Source: Raillietiella orientalis (Eukaryota). Taken from it: 64,000 nucleotides of DNA. The notes beneath the pieces are model-generated. The model ran no database searches. It saw only the letters and a program-made list of their open reading frames with translations, and was not told where the DNA came from. The stretch is taken from positions 124,001 through 188,000 of the forward strand of contig JAYWIR010000076.1 in assembly GCA_036172245.1 (NCBI GenBank), written 5' to 3'. Shown one piece after another: positions 47,010-61,142 of this stretch (position 1 is the stretch's first letter; each line of letters starts with the position of its first letter). Made by a program: the position numbers and the translations under genes.

Positions 47010-48194
47010 ATGAAACGGACCTTCTCCCCTGATCAAATACTGCTGTGCCGACCTCGAGACAAGGGCAGGACCGGGATGAAATCCCTCGAGCGATCCGCGG
47101 ATCTCCTGGACGCGCGACAAATCCTGGATCTTGCCACCCAACGGGACGAGTGGCCTCATGCGGCGCACAGAGCCTACTTGCAGTTGCTCAGCGATTCAAG
47201 AGGCCCGATGTCTGCCCTAATAGGCAAACAAGGACCGATCCCACTTGGAAGCGCAAGCAGGCACTGGTGAACGCCCACCATCTCACAATAGTGCCTAGAA
47301 GTAAGGAAATTTGGAAAGACGAACTGGTGAAGATTATCTTAGGCTTCCTGTGAGTTTCTTGGGACATCAGAAAGTGGATGTTCCACAGGCCAAGGATGAC
47401 CATTAAGGACTGAGAGCCGTTCGCAATCTGCGGCGACCTTCAGAAAATGCGACTGTTCCATCTCACCCAGAAGATGATGGGAAGATTTACCAACAAATAT
47501 CGAGAGCTCTGAACAAATCAAGAATCCAACTGCTGGTGCCTGACCACCAGAGCCAATTTCCGGCAAGCTACGACGAAGAATCCCGACGAGGAACACGAGT
47601 TAATCCTGGAGGCATGCGTAGCCAGCCGCTACGGATGCCTCCAGGTGAACCTGCTGGCGGTTGGAACCACGGTCTGGACGAGCGATTTACCACCGGACAC
47701 TCAAGATGACCTACTTCTGTTTTATCACGGAGGCACCCTGAGCGGCACGAGGACGAGGAACTCGTCACTCGGCCATGGTGAAGGAGGTGACAGGCCTGCA
47801 GAGGATGTACAAGATGGAGATCCTGGCAGGGATGTTTGAAGAAACAACAAAGTTCCTCGATACAACCCATTGGTCCGCACCACCATCGCCTTCTTTATCA
47901 CGAGCATCGTGATGAGAAGGGCAAAAATGCGACCAGAATAAACAGTATGCTGGCAGTACAAATCCTGAAAGGTTTAGTGAAAAGGGAAATAGGAATCAGA
48001 AGCTGTGGACGTATTCCCACTTGGACTTACTGTTACATCCTGCGAAGGATTCAGGACCCTTGTCGAGTGACTGCATTCCCCACACAAACTCAGTGACTCG
48101 ATGCACGAAGAGTAATCCTCAAAGTGAAAAACAGTGGCATTGACTAACGCATGCATGAAAATAAATTCTCCCACCGCAAGTCGGACTGGGGAAA
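47010..48194 (+). mobile_element. Decayed 3' fragment of a different L1/Tx1-like element
   Basis: LCRPRDKGRTGMKSL resembles the post-RT LCAPRRDGGLGLLTL motif seen in the cluster. Many stops follow. AATAAA at 48160. Confidence 0.5.
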
Positions 48195-51100
48195 GCCTGA
48201 TCAGATACCCTTATAATCGTCTGGTTCTTGGTATTTTTCCTGCAGCTAATTTTCACTTAATCAGAAAACAGATCAAAGGTATTTGAGAGAAACATATTGC
48301 TTCATCGCTGGATGTTTCCGCTACATATCCGGGAAGCAGTTGGTTTTGTCTTAGAGCTCTTCGATGCCCAACACGAATTATGAGCGCCGGACTACAAGGC
48401 CCAATGGTCATGCCATCACGTATTACCTGATTAGCAACCACATCCCGTTTACCTCAAAACAGCTGCGGTGCATGGTTTTGCCACTAAGACTGGAGAGAGA
48501 CGACGACGAAATTCAGTGTTGTGGCTCTTCTGAAACCTCGACACGCGTGTAGATAGGGATGGCGGTCGGTCCTGCGGGAATCCCGCAGGACCGACCAGCT
48601 ATTGAGCGCCCAAGGAGTTGCATTACGGTTTTGTGCTCCTTTGGCATACGTCCGTTGCAGGAGATGTGGGTAGAAGAGACTGCTGCACATGTATGGGATT
48701 GGTTAAAACGAGGGCATATATACATACATGTCGGGGTTACATTGCTGGGACCTGGTTCGAGTGTATGATGGGATCTGTGCTTGAGGAAAGCGAATGTACA
48801 GTGGTTGTGCACGATTTGTCCTATTCTGTACGTGGTGATGAGTGCAATGGCTATTACGGTTCAACGTAAGGTACCTTCACATTTTTTTTTTTCTACCGGA
48901 AGCCGATAATTAGGCTTTTGGATGCCTCCGCTGATTGAGGCTTTGCGTTTGCCGAGATCCATATCCGCCAGAAGTATCTGTTGAATCTTTAGTGAAGCAT
49001 TCGTATTTTACGCTGACTTGTAAGCAACTGTACAGTAATCTCTCCATATCTTTGCAAATTTAAAAATTTTGACCGTTCTCAATGGTTGTGTGTACAAATA
49101 TCGTAATGTTCCGTTACATGAAGGTTATGAACGCTGTCACACCTCAGAGAAATACTAAAAAATTTGTCAACAATTTTGATAATTGTATGTTATAATTTAA
49201 TGTCATATAACATACAATGTTATTGTCATAAATTACATGACAATATTGTTAAAGTATAGAGCTTTACAAATAGGCCCAATAGGCACCTCGTGGTTCTTCG
49301 ACACAGTTCCACGCCGCCCGAGGGTGGGTTCATTCAAGATAGGGGGTACCCCGGGAGGGGTCCACCCTATGAATCCAGGAAGGATTCTGAGTCCGTTCCT
49401 CTTACGCTTGGGGAGGAATCTCCGGAAATAGGGATCACCTTCACCCTGGTTGTCTCCGAAGGGGAATCCAGAAGGGAATCCCCTTCCTTATTCTCTCCGG
49501 AGGGACCCTCCGGGGGTTCCGCTCTATTCTTCCTTCTCTGAAGGGAACCCGGAAAGGATCCTCGCCTGGAATGTCTTCTCCGGAGGGATCCCCCGCAAGG
49601 GATCCGATCCTGTTTTTATTCCCCTGAAGAGAACCCAGAAGGGACTCTTCCGAAATTCAGGACGCAGCTTACCCGAAGCGATCAGCTCGCTTCTCTGCAC
49701 TCTCTGAAGAGGTGGTGACGACACACCTACTCCATCCGTCTGACGCGGAAAGGTCCAGCCCGGAAGGGGGGTCCGCTCCTTCACAACCGATTGATTCCTG
49801 AAAGGATCCGGAGGTCGACTCCCGTTTGTCCCGGCCCTCATCGTCGATTCCTTCGCAGTATTCGAACCCACGCCGCATGGTGCCACGCGCGGAGACCACC
49901 GTAACACACGGCCTCCGGCGAAAGCACCCTGCGAGATAGCCCAAACCGAGCCGGTACTGGCGAGACTCATCAGGACCGACCGGGTCGGTTGTTAGTGAGT
50001 GGCGACCGCAAGCATGAGCGGTAGACAGTGTCAAGAAAGCTGACGGCTTGTGCTGCATTCACTCTCGTGATGATCTGCAATGCAGGAGAATCCGCTGGAG
50101 TCATTAGTAACAGAACTAGGAGACAAAGAGTTCCGAGTTCACAGCGGTCACAATTGGATCATAAATGCTGGTCGAGGAGAAGATACCTTTTGGTGGTGGT
50201 AACTTTCTTGGTGACCATTGTACTCGAAAGAGTCAGTACGATGCGAAGTTTTATGTACTGCTTTGGTTTGTGGTCGGAGTGATGGTTTCACTAATGATGA
50301 CGAGAGAAGCATAGGAAACAGGTTTATTCGCTACACTGCCATTTCCTGTAGGAGTCAGGCTGAGCGATGCATCCGCCGCAAACATCTGTTTCATCAGAAC
50401 GGTTAACAGCCCTGTATTTGCATTCCCATGTTCAAAACGCCGAAATGAAACCACTGCTTTCAAGGTTCAGGAAGGCCTCAGGAAGCTCTGGGGTGTCAGG
50501 TTGGTTTGCTGATGGCTACGAATCGCAGCAGGCAGACCCCTGAAATTGACAAGCGGTGTGACAACCTTGTCGGCGTGGAGTGTGATGACAGTGCACAACA
50601 CGCTTGAAGAAGGCGGCCAGAGTGGAGAAAATCTGTCAAGTCTGAAAACCACTTTCTCGCAGCTTAGCAGCGAGGACTGGTTTTCTCCTCCGTTTTTTCC
50701 TGAACGAAACACATTATGAAAGGTGGAGAGTGAAAAAAACAACAAAAGCATGAGGCAGCTGGATTGAATAAGAAGCAAACGGGCTGCTCTTCGTCGTAAA
50801 ATTATCTGTTACTTACCAGACGGGTTGACATACAGCTGCAATGCATCACCAGGTAATTGCTTGCCCAGATCTTCATTTGAAAATAAGTCCTAGAAATACA
50901 AGAATCTTCAGATTCCGACAACTTTGAAGTGTCTTTGAAGATTTTTACGTTAATAGAACTGAGGACTTGAACAAATGACCGACTACGCTACAAAACATTC
51001 ACGGTTTCTCGGATCAAATTACAAGAGTTTCGTGAATAGGAACTTCTATTCAACTCGTGCAATTTGACCTAATCGAATGGGAAATTTAGAACTTTTGACG

Positions 51101-51443
51101 CTTCGCGGCCGCATGGTGCATGTGGCAACACATTCCACGGCGGTTTCTGGGTGACTTCTGCTGCTCGCAAAGTGTGTGCGGAAGGTCTCGCTACGATGCA
51201 GGAGAGAGAAGGCTCCACGAAGTGTTTTCTATCAGAGAGAAAGATGCAAGATGTCTTTTAAGCCGCTGATACTCGAGTTTTCCGAAATCCGAAAAATTCT
51301 CTCTAGCTATCATTCCTTTTTCAATCTTCCGGTTCCGTTTACCACCATGTCGCGATCTGCGATGGCTTCACGCCGGAGGTCGAAAGAGTGGTACGGCCAC
51401 GGAAACCGCAAGCGCGACTGTCAAGTGGAACTTCGTTTCAACA

Positions 51444-51490
51444 GGAACGAAGTGTAGGGGGTAGGTAACGCACCCCCTACACTTCGTTCC
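51444..51490. repeat. Perfect 19-bp inverted repeat with a 9-nt loop
   Basis: ggaacgaagtgtagggggt-aggtaacgc-accccctacacttcgttcc. Confidence 0.95.
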
Positions 51491-52205
51491 GAACCACTCC
51501 CTGAACATGTTCCAGCGCCTGTCCTGCTTCGCCGCTACGAGAAAGTTTTCCAAAACGTTGTGCATTTCCTCCTCTTCCCCACGAGTCACTGGCCAGTGGG
51601 AATGCATCGCCAACGCGTACTGAGCTGGACGATCCCTTTGATCTCTATTTGATCAATCATCATGGGGGAAAATAGCACCAGCCCTGCTGCGACGTCCACT
51701 CGGGTGCTTGCATGCATCGGACAGTTTCGCAAATTGCACTGTTCCCGGCAAGGGAGAGCTCGTTCTTGGAGGTTCTGAATGTCGAACGAATTGGTCAAGG
51801 GATCACGAGAACGCCACGTCATGAAGGAAGGAACGACGGGAACGTGGTTGCTACAAGCAAGCATTTCGCGAAAAAAAAACAGAAGTACATGAAGAAGTGC
51901 AAGGGACCTTCCTTACGCGGGAGAGAGCAATTGGAAAACTTGGAAGCATCTTCCCCCTCCCCCCCGGGCACTCTTGCAATGTAATGCGGGAAAAACCACG
52001 TATCCAGCGTTTCACTCAATTATTTCACACTTTGCTTTGGGTGGCCTACAGATGGGAAGGTAGCGCAGGAAACATCACCACCGTTGTCAGGGAAACGGTT
52101 TGTTTCCAGACGAAGAAGCACCTGTTTGATCTCTTCCAAATTTCTGAAGTTTCTCTACTGTTGCCTTTCTTTTCTCTTCCAAATTGGTTCCTTCTTCCGC
52201 AAACC

Positions 52206-52667
52206 ATGTCGCTAAGTGATTTCCGCGAAGAATGCCTCCAGGCTCACAACAAGCACAGGCAGGCGCATGGATGTTCCAAGATGCAGCTGAAGGATGACTT
52301 GAACGCCGTGGCGCAGAAGTGGGCAGAGAAATTGGCGAACTCAGAGCGCCTCGAGCACCAGAAAGACAACAAATACGGAGAGAACCTCTTTTACAAGGAA
52401 TCTACGGAGCCGCTGGGTGAGTTCCGAGGAGGCGAAGCCGTCGAGAGCTGGTACAACGAAATAAAGGATCACAACTTCGGGGAAGAGCCCAGAACGAGGA
52501 ACCTTGCCTCTGGTCACTTCTCGCAGCTCATCTGGAAGAGCTCCAAGTATCTCGGAGTGGGGATGGCAAAGTCAAAGAACGGGAAGAAGGCCTACGTAGT
52601 GGCGGAATACTCTCCCAGTGGGAACGTCATGGGGTCCTTTAAAGAGAATGTCCCTCCCCAAAAGTAA
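52206..52667 (+). CDS. CAP/SCP-domain protein, GAPR-1 (GLIPR2)-like, 153 aa, intronless CDS
   Basis: AHNKHRQAHG, AQKWAEKL, YGENL, AVESWYNE, GHFSQLIWK, VVAEYSPSGNV. Confidence 0.92.
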   Translation: MSLSDFREECLQAHNKHRQAHGCSKMQLKDDLNAVAQKWAEKLANSERLEHQKDNKYGENLFYKESTEPLGEFRGGEAVESWYNEIKDHNFGEEPRTRNLASGHFSQLIWKSSKYLGVGMAKSKNGKKAYVVAEYSPSGNVMGSFKENVPPQK

Positions 52668-54518
52668 ATGCTGGTATTTGATGTTCATTCCTGAATTCCG
52701 GCCACAGCCGCGCGCGTGCCGTCCTGAATTCAACACGAATTTTGAATCCATGCACGGGTCAGCCGATATGGCACGGATGGCACCTTGCGATACAGCTTCC
52801 TTGTCATTCTGGAAGGAACGACGACGAAGATTCCGGCAGCGCCTCTTCACCGACTGCCTGTGCAAAGCGAAATGGGTTTGGGCTTTTTTCTTTTTGTCCG
52901 AATCATCCAAGTCTTCCTAGTCCTGCTTTCTCATGCAGCGAAGCAGAGAATCTTTCTACTACGACTACGGACAGACGGATGCTCCCAACGGGAATCCTGC
53001 CAGCTGTCGCAGGGGTCATCGCCACACTTGCACAAGGCCACCGCTTAAGAAAAGTAAACAGAATGGCCGTCCTAGCGCTCTACACCACGGTTCTGACAGG
53101 AATTTCACAATATGCACGTAAGCGAACGTTATCGAATCTCTGGCTAGGCCAGAAATCTGCAGATTTCGTTCGGGTCCTGCCTTCCGCACTCGTCGGTCCT
53201 CCTAAGCGTTCTCAACAACTGGGTTCTTACCCTTTCAAATGGATAGAGTCTCTGTTGATCTCTGAACGCTGGCCTTAATTCGCCAAGACGTTGGCATCCT
53301 TTCCTGATTCTCCTCCATTCGTTTGCAAATAATCTCCGATGTCATCGGTGTCTTCATGAGAGGAACGACCGGCCACACGATCGTAGACATGTTAGTCGCA
53401 TTTAGCAGCGTAATGTAAATCGGTCTATGACCTAACGGTTGCAGATGCTCTCACCTTCCCGTTTGTGCACCACGATCCTTTACACACGCCGTGTGATGGT
53501 TTTTTGGCACGTCCTTCAGAGCTAACATCACATCACAAGTAAACCAATTATCCTCTTTCCCAAGGCCTGCGCTTTTGAAACAACAACACCTGATGCAGTG
53601 ACGCAGATTGTAACACCCAATGTGCTGAACACCTTTCCTTCTTCTCCTCACGTTCAGGAGGATCCCTGCGTTGAGTGTTGTTGCTGTTGCGAATTCGCTC
53701 GATTTCACCATACTGCTTGCGTCCCAAATGCAAACGTGTCTTGTCCCCTAAGGGGTTCCAGAGTCCTCGCGAAACGAAGGAATTTCCGTTCTAAATGCGA
53801 TCGGACGAACGTGTCTGATGAATAGCATCCTGTAGTGAGGGATTCTAAAAACTGTCTATCGTTCTAAGAAACATCCGCGAACAGCAAAGCAAACGCCTCT
53901 TTCGCTCACTGTCAGCTATACATCTTAGGCACCCGGAAACAAAAAACTTCCACACAAACACGGATAACGGTTTCCTCCTTTGGGATGGAGATTTATTTTG
54001 TTCTCGACAAAAAAAAGGAAAACAGCATGCTAGAAGAGCGGTCTACTTGTCTCGCTTGTTTTCTGGAAATCCAGAAGGAGAACTTGAAAGTTCTCAGAAT
54101 CTCTAAAGTATAGTTGAGCCTTTGAATAGCATAGAAACAGAGCTGGGGAGCGCTGTTTTGTTATTCGATCATTCTACTGAGGCATCTCGCCATGAAATTA
54201 CATCCACAGGATTGGGGGGAGGAGGGGGAACTAGCCAGTAAGATGGTTTTCAAGAACCAGCAAGAAATTCCCTTTACAACACATTACAATTGTTTTCAAA
54301 GTGCGGCAGAATACCAATGATTCCCGCAAAGACTTTGAGCTTAAGGCAGTGCAAACCAATCGTTATGGAAGCTTTACCGTACACCAGGGCGGCCTGCGAT
54401 TTAAATTCAAAAGCTCATATGAGCACACTGGGAGGAAATCACAGGCTGTTCCGTCTCAACCACACTATGACCGTCGTCATCTTACCTCTTTGTACTTTCA
54501 ATAGTGACAACGACTAAC

Positions 54519-57500
54519 CTCAACGGCATATCCCAACTGATGGTTTAATCCTAACAGCTGAAGTGTCGTGGTTATTCGAAAAGGAGTACCATCATCTCTC
54601 CGATTAACAAATGCAATTGCATACGAATACTTGTTCTTCGTGATAGGATTGATGGGACGAGCCCAGATCTCAATCGCAGATTCCTTTGGAAATACGAATT
54701 CATTACTTAGGTGTTTCTTTGATTTTTACATGCAAGTTTCGATCAGTGCAATGTACACGGTGCGTCGAGAAGGGGACTGACGCACAGTACCCATTTACTC
54801 ATAAATGACGAACCAAACAGAAACATTCAGGCAACTCTTTTTCTCGACTACACAAACACTCTTGAAGAAAAGGTGTTTACGTTAAAATCAAAATTCTGTA
54901 CCGTAAATCAAATGAACAATGAAAGTAGTTAAAATGAATGCTTTGAATCCTTTGTACCTTGTAAATCCTTCTACCCTGAATTCCGAGAGAATCTTGATTC
55001 ACGGCGATAACCTTTTTATTTTGAAGTATTTCTTTGTACTCTTTTCTGATCGTTCGGAGGTCAACCGACATTAGCAAAGGTGCCGCCAGTACAGCCCAAA
55101 TAGCCATCTGCACTTTGCACTGGTCGTAGCTCAGACCGAAATTTCCAATTATTAGCTGAAAAACAACTGAAGAATAATACACTTAAAACATAAATTGCAA
55201 TCAACGATTATCTGAATTGTAAACCAATGGCTTAAGGAATCAGGAAATCAGCAGAAAACAGAGGCAGAAAATTATTGACCCCCAAACCACTGGAAAGCTT
55301 TCAAATGATATCTTCCCTCTTACTAGGGTGAAAAGGCTTTCCGGATCAAAATAATCATTTCTCTGTACCTGCATGTAACCAAGACCTCGAAACAGTACGT
55401 TTTCTTTTCAAACGTCACTATTCGCCCATTTCGTTACGAACATACTTCAAGACAGACTTGTTGCTTCTAAATAAACACTCACCCAGTACCCAGTAGCGTA
55501 CACATACTGCTAAGGTCTCAAAGTTAGGTAACACTATCAATACATTTCCACTTCTCAGCCTTCATACCTGAACCGTTCTTAATCTAACGGAATGGATCTA
55601 ACCCTATACTATTCTGTCCGGTGCCTTTAAACAACTACTACTGGACTGGAAAACTGCGAATTTCCCAAAATGAAAATTTCCTTTCAAGATTCAGTTTCCA
55701 TTCAGGGTTCCTACTGGAATGGATTTCTTATCAGAAATTTAAACTAGGAATTCTTCTCCTTCAAAAGAATCGGCATTCACCGAGAAAAGATGCCTTCCAT
55801 GGTTCATTATATACTTTACAGTACTGAGCTAATCTCTGGGTGTAAAGGCAGCTTACTCCATATCTCAGTCTATGATTCTGACATGGAACGCATGAATAAC
55901 GAGTACAGAAATGCTCCTTTGTAGGATTTATTCCTTATGTGAACTCATCATACTTGTCTCCTATGACAAATTAATATTTTCCCTACCGGAAAAGTTTTCA
56001 AAAAACGTGACAGAAAACGAAGACCATTGCATGAATATGATCAGCACAGATTTATTATTATTACCGTAACCTTCTATAATTATACACGTAATGTCTGGAT
56101 ATTCTCGATATCTCCCAACAATACTAGGAAGATATCCAGACATGACTTGTATGATTACCTGAAGCAGAAGAACTGAAAAATAAAGAAAACCAATATCAAG
56201 GAGAGAAATTAATAGCCATAACAAGATGGCACACACATGTGAAACTAGAAAACACAAAATCCAGGGAGGCAAAAGTTTCCTCGAACCTGGGAAAGTCTTA
56301 TTAAAATCTCTCATCAATTTCGTTGAAAATGTTCCTAATCAAACCTTGTCAGTATCTGTAATAGTTTACACCCCCCAAATACGTCCCCAAACACTTACAT
56401 TTTGAGCAAATGCAACAAATGCACCACGTACACAATCGAGAAACATTTTTTTTATCACACACATGTTCATTACAGGGTTGTCTTATCAAGCATTTTTACA
56501 TGTCCACCTCCTCCCTAACAAAATTTCGCAATCTTTAATTAATGAATTCTCAATGTTAAATTGCTCAAAAAACTGAATGATATGGGCCATAGAAGATCCA
56601 TTTTTTTCTGCGCGTCAAGTCAATGTTGAATGAAAAGCAATTTAATGACACACATTTTACATGCAAACTGAAAGAATAAGTCCCTTTAATCACTTCACTG
56701 TTTATGCTCTTTATGCACACCTTTTTGGAAAAAATGATCGAAAACGAATATTCACTCTGCTTATTTGGAGCTTGTTACAAATATGAAATGTGTACATTGG
56801 AAAAAATGGAAAAAAAACATTCTGGAAAATTCACCATATCGGGATCATTCCAGTGACCTGGTCCTGCAGCTGGTATGAGAATATTTTGATTGTCTCCATA
56901 ATAATCTATGATTCTCTGCAGACTTATCCAGGAATCCTGTATGTCATATGAATTTCTCCATAAGTTACAATATTGACTGATACGTCCATAATTCGGCTAA
57001 AAAATAACAAAGGTCGTTAAAGTATGATGGTTTTTGATATGGATATTCAAGAATGAACAAAAGAAACAAATAAAAAACATATCTACTGATCAGGAATTAT
57101 TGATTTAACAGATGAATTAAAGAAGCTTACAGAGATCACACACTCGATGATAAACTAATCGCATGAATTGCATGTTTCGGAATTATTTAGTACAGCTTCA
57201 TGTATCAACATTATTAAAGTTTGTTACTACCTCATCAACTATTTATTTATTTACCATATCATCACATATAGAACGATTTTGTCAGATGTAACAGAAATTG
57301 TACAGATAATGTGCAATTATCTATCACAAGATACTCTATACAGACTTCTGCAGGTTTTCATAATGGATACACAAAAATGATAATCCAATCTTTTATTAGA
57401 ATTCTAAGGAATTTTTTGTTCGTTATCGCCATGCAACAACATGCATTCATATCACAAAGTAGAACTGACATGCACAGAATTTCCTACCAAACTAATTTCC

Positions 57501-60500
57501 CATAACACTTATTAATCACTTTGAAAATAATGATGCAACTGAAAAGATACATTATCTTCTCAATCTGAATACGTTCTTTCATTTACTGAACGTATATGCA
57601 TGTTCTAATATATCAGTTACTGATATACATTACACCTAAAACTGAATCTTCTATCTTTATTATGAATACCTTACGTTTTAAAAGGGAAAATTTATTGAGA
57701 TTAACATCTAGATCTACGTAAACTAAATAAAAAGCCAAGAAAACTCTACCCCAAAATGAATAAAACAGAACTCTGCAATAGACAGATAAATGTTTGAAAC
57801 AATCTTAAGATACAAGGCTGGATTTCCAGAAATTGCAATCGCAAAGTTCTGGGCTTAAATATCTCGCCTTTCGGAGAGTAAGAATTTTTCAACCCATTTG
57901 AATCAGATTAAAATGTCTTGATCTTCGATACAATCAAAATTATCAAAACTTTCAAATAATAACAGATATAAATTGCCTTAAATATTTTGTTCTGAAGACG
58001 ACCGAGTTTTTAATTATGGTTTCATACTCTAAGGTATGTTTTGGTTCTCAACTAACCTCAATGTGTTTACTTCCATGTTTACTAGTACGAAATAAGGATT
58101 AAATGCATATGCGAGTAAAAATGAAAAACTTTTATTACCTTTTACAAAAGATCAAAAATTAAAACATTTAAATATATGCTGATGCGCAATTGTTGGGGCA
58201 TTGTATTACGTGTATGATGATCAATCTTAAAGCTACATTATCATTTGTTCCATCACTGCTTCATTTTTATTTATTTTTTGTAGAAGCAAATAAAAAAATT
58301 GGATCAAAAATGAATTTTTTATTTTACAAAATCAAAAATGTATCCATTTACAGATTAATTACTGTGCAAATTTGGCTATTGGAGAAAAATTAAATGAGGA
58401 AGTCCTTGACATCAGAATATCAAAGTTGGTAAACAGATGTTTTACAGATTGAAAACAAAAACGAATGCGCAAGGAATAATACAGTTTTATATACTTCTAC
58501 AAATCAGATTATTTAAAAGTGGATGAATATCAAATTGCATCAAATGCCTGTAAATGCGCCATTACTTCAACTGAAACCACCTCAGATTCCTGAATCTGTT
58601 AGAAATGCCAAAATGAAACCTATAAGTTTCAAGGTTCATTATCCCCATTTGCAATACAAAGATTTCACATTTTTTTTTACACATACATACTAATAGACAA
58701 TTTACCTGCTTACCATACACAGACAGATAAAATGGCCATGAACATGAGTAAATCATTGGTTTCTTTGTTTGGTTCAAAAAGTGACCAAACTGGGGATATC
58801 CTATGCAAAGAAACATATCAGTAAAATTTACTTAGATCACAGTAAAATACACAATTAAATATACCCCACACATCTATTATCACTAGATAATAGATTAACA
58901 GTATCAATTATATTAATAACTAAGTAACACTGCAAGGTGATGTTACTGAATTATTAGAAACAATTAAGGTGTGGTTCATAGTTGGGCACAACTTTAAATG
59001 ATGGATATTCAACACTTCTTTATTCAGTTATCACTTTACATGGTTTTGATTATTCATTAATCATTAACAAGTGCCTGATATCATGAACATAAGCTCATTT
59101 GAAATAGAGATTATTTTACAAACTAAATGAAAGCATACATGCTTTTACACTTTTTACAATCTACAAATGCTTTCCATACATTACAATGTACTAAATACTG
59201 AATTCAAACTAGGTAGAATCAGAAATTATATGGAAAAAGGCAAAAAAAAAAAAAAAAAAGATTTCAATTTCCACAGAAACTATTTACAACATGAAGCTAA
59301 CGTATCTTTGAATTTTTTTTCAGATGCAGAAACACACATGAAACGGCCATGGAAAACAAAATTTCTATGTTTCAAAGGTGAAAACCAAACTAATAATCAA
59401 ACAAAACTAATAAAAAATTGTCAATACAAATCAAAGGTCAAAAACAAAAAATTAATCATGATGCACAAGCAATTGTCACAAGAAATTTATACCTTTTACA
59501 TCATATTGTAATCAGATTAATTGATCCTTAATTAATCTGATCCACTGAAGCATTTTTATGCTATGTTACCATCCTATGAAGACATACATATGAAAAGTGA
59601 CCACATGCTCACAAAACTTAACTAAATGAACCAAAACTTTTCGTTTTTACCAGAGATATTGAAAACAAGAATTGCACAAATAAAAGTTCATAATTCTTTG
59701 GAAATTCTCAAACAAACGTACAGATGCTATTCTAAAAAACAGCATCTACCCTGAAGACTAGGGCATTTGCAAAGAACAAAGTCAAACAGCTAAGCAGACT
59801 AACTTTTAATTTTCTCACCCTTCTCAGGATTCATAAGCATATAGGGCATTTACCTTCATCCATAGAGTCTATATCACAGTGGCATCCATCCAGCTTCACA
59901 TAGTCTACATCCCAATCAGCAAATGTACGAGAGTCGATTTCAAAATAATCTTCACTTGGACTTCGCTTGTTTGAAACCATCAATCCTGGCTGACCAGTGC
60001 AAGTGTACATTCCATGATTTTGGTACACACCAAAAAGCAAGTTTTTCGAATGAATCTACAAAAATCAAATCTAATCATTCCGGTATAATCACATATTTAC
60101 ATAAATAATTCATAGTGTTCAATAACGATGACTATAGGAGTCCAAATCACTGAGAGTTCTGTTTGCACCATCGATTTTTAGTAATGTAATAATTTTGAAA
60201 GCTTATATTTTCTTTATCTTTATATTTTCATTACAACTGTATTTCATTTTCAAATTGATACTTTCAAAATTAAAAAAATGTGAAGAATGCAGAGAAAGTG
60301 CTTTGATTTGTAATGATGAGTTATGCTTCCCACAGTAGAACAAATCATAGCAAATATTTATAAATAACAATCAATTTTTTATGTTTTCAAAAATTCCTAG
60401 CAACTCTGATGCACTGATGAAATTATTGATTACTACACAAACTGACTGTTAACGATAAGCACACAAAGTAACATAGCAAATAAGTACAAATATTATATTC

Positions 60501-61142
60501 TAATGTATCCTTAGGAACATTTCAAGAAATCAAAAAATGGACAAAAACAATACTGAGAACTCTAATTACATAGCTACTTAATCCTTTTATTCCACTTGGA
60601 AATCTTTTTGGATCTGCTTCCAGAACCTTATCCTTATTTCTCTCACTGGCCATCCAGCAGTCATCAAGAGATATGATTTTATATCCAACTTCAGCATAGC
60701 CCTCCTCTACAATTATATCAGCCATCGTTTTAAACAGCTTTTCGCTAAATAGGAAACCAAATGTTATTTATTCTCAGAATGCATTTGTACATAAATCTGT
60801 AATTTCCCCACAATTTTTATAACTGCACATAAACAATGACACGCTTTTCACATTAGAATCTAAGTTTTTCATGTTACCCGTATCCTTCAGGCTACATGTA
60901 TTAAGGAAAAGTGAGGATGCCATTTCAGTGTTTTCACTTGTCAAGAAATCTTTATTTACCGAATTGTAAACCTGAGCTTCACTTTACCTGATACAATTAT
61001 CTGGATCATTGTCACAATCAGTATTGCAGCGGAATCTTTGCCAAGCTAGCCAGCCCATTGGTGGAGTTCGAGCAAGTCCATTTTCCAAACCAAAGACTGC
61101 TTGGAAGAAGCATAATAGAATAAGACTTCTTGATGGAATCAT
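54519..61142 (-). CDS. GH27 alpha-N-acetylgalactosaminidase / alpha-galactosidase; exons 61142-60988, 60744-60570, 60055-59854, 58800-58706, 56996-56835, 55155-54958, 54683-54519; terminal exon not located
   Basis: Signal peptide plus [80 protein letters not shown] boundaries at all listed exons. Confidence 0.93.

Noticed and set aside
48300..48870. Short ORFs as a gene fragment
   Set aside because: No recognisable motif or consistent splice pattern.
51897..52205. N-terminal extension of the CAP ORF (256 aa)
   Set aside because: It starts at a non-ATG codon and is not domain-like. The ATG at 52206 in accATG context fits the CAP domain start, though an upstream exon is not excluded.
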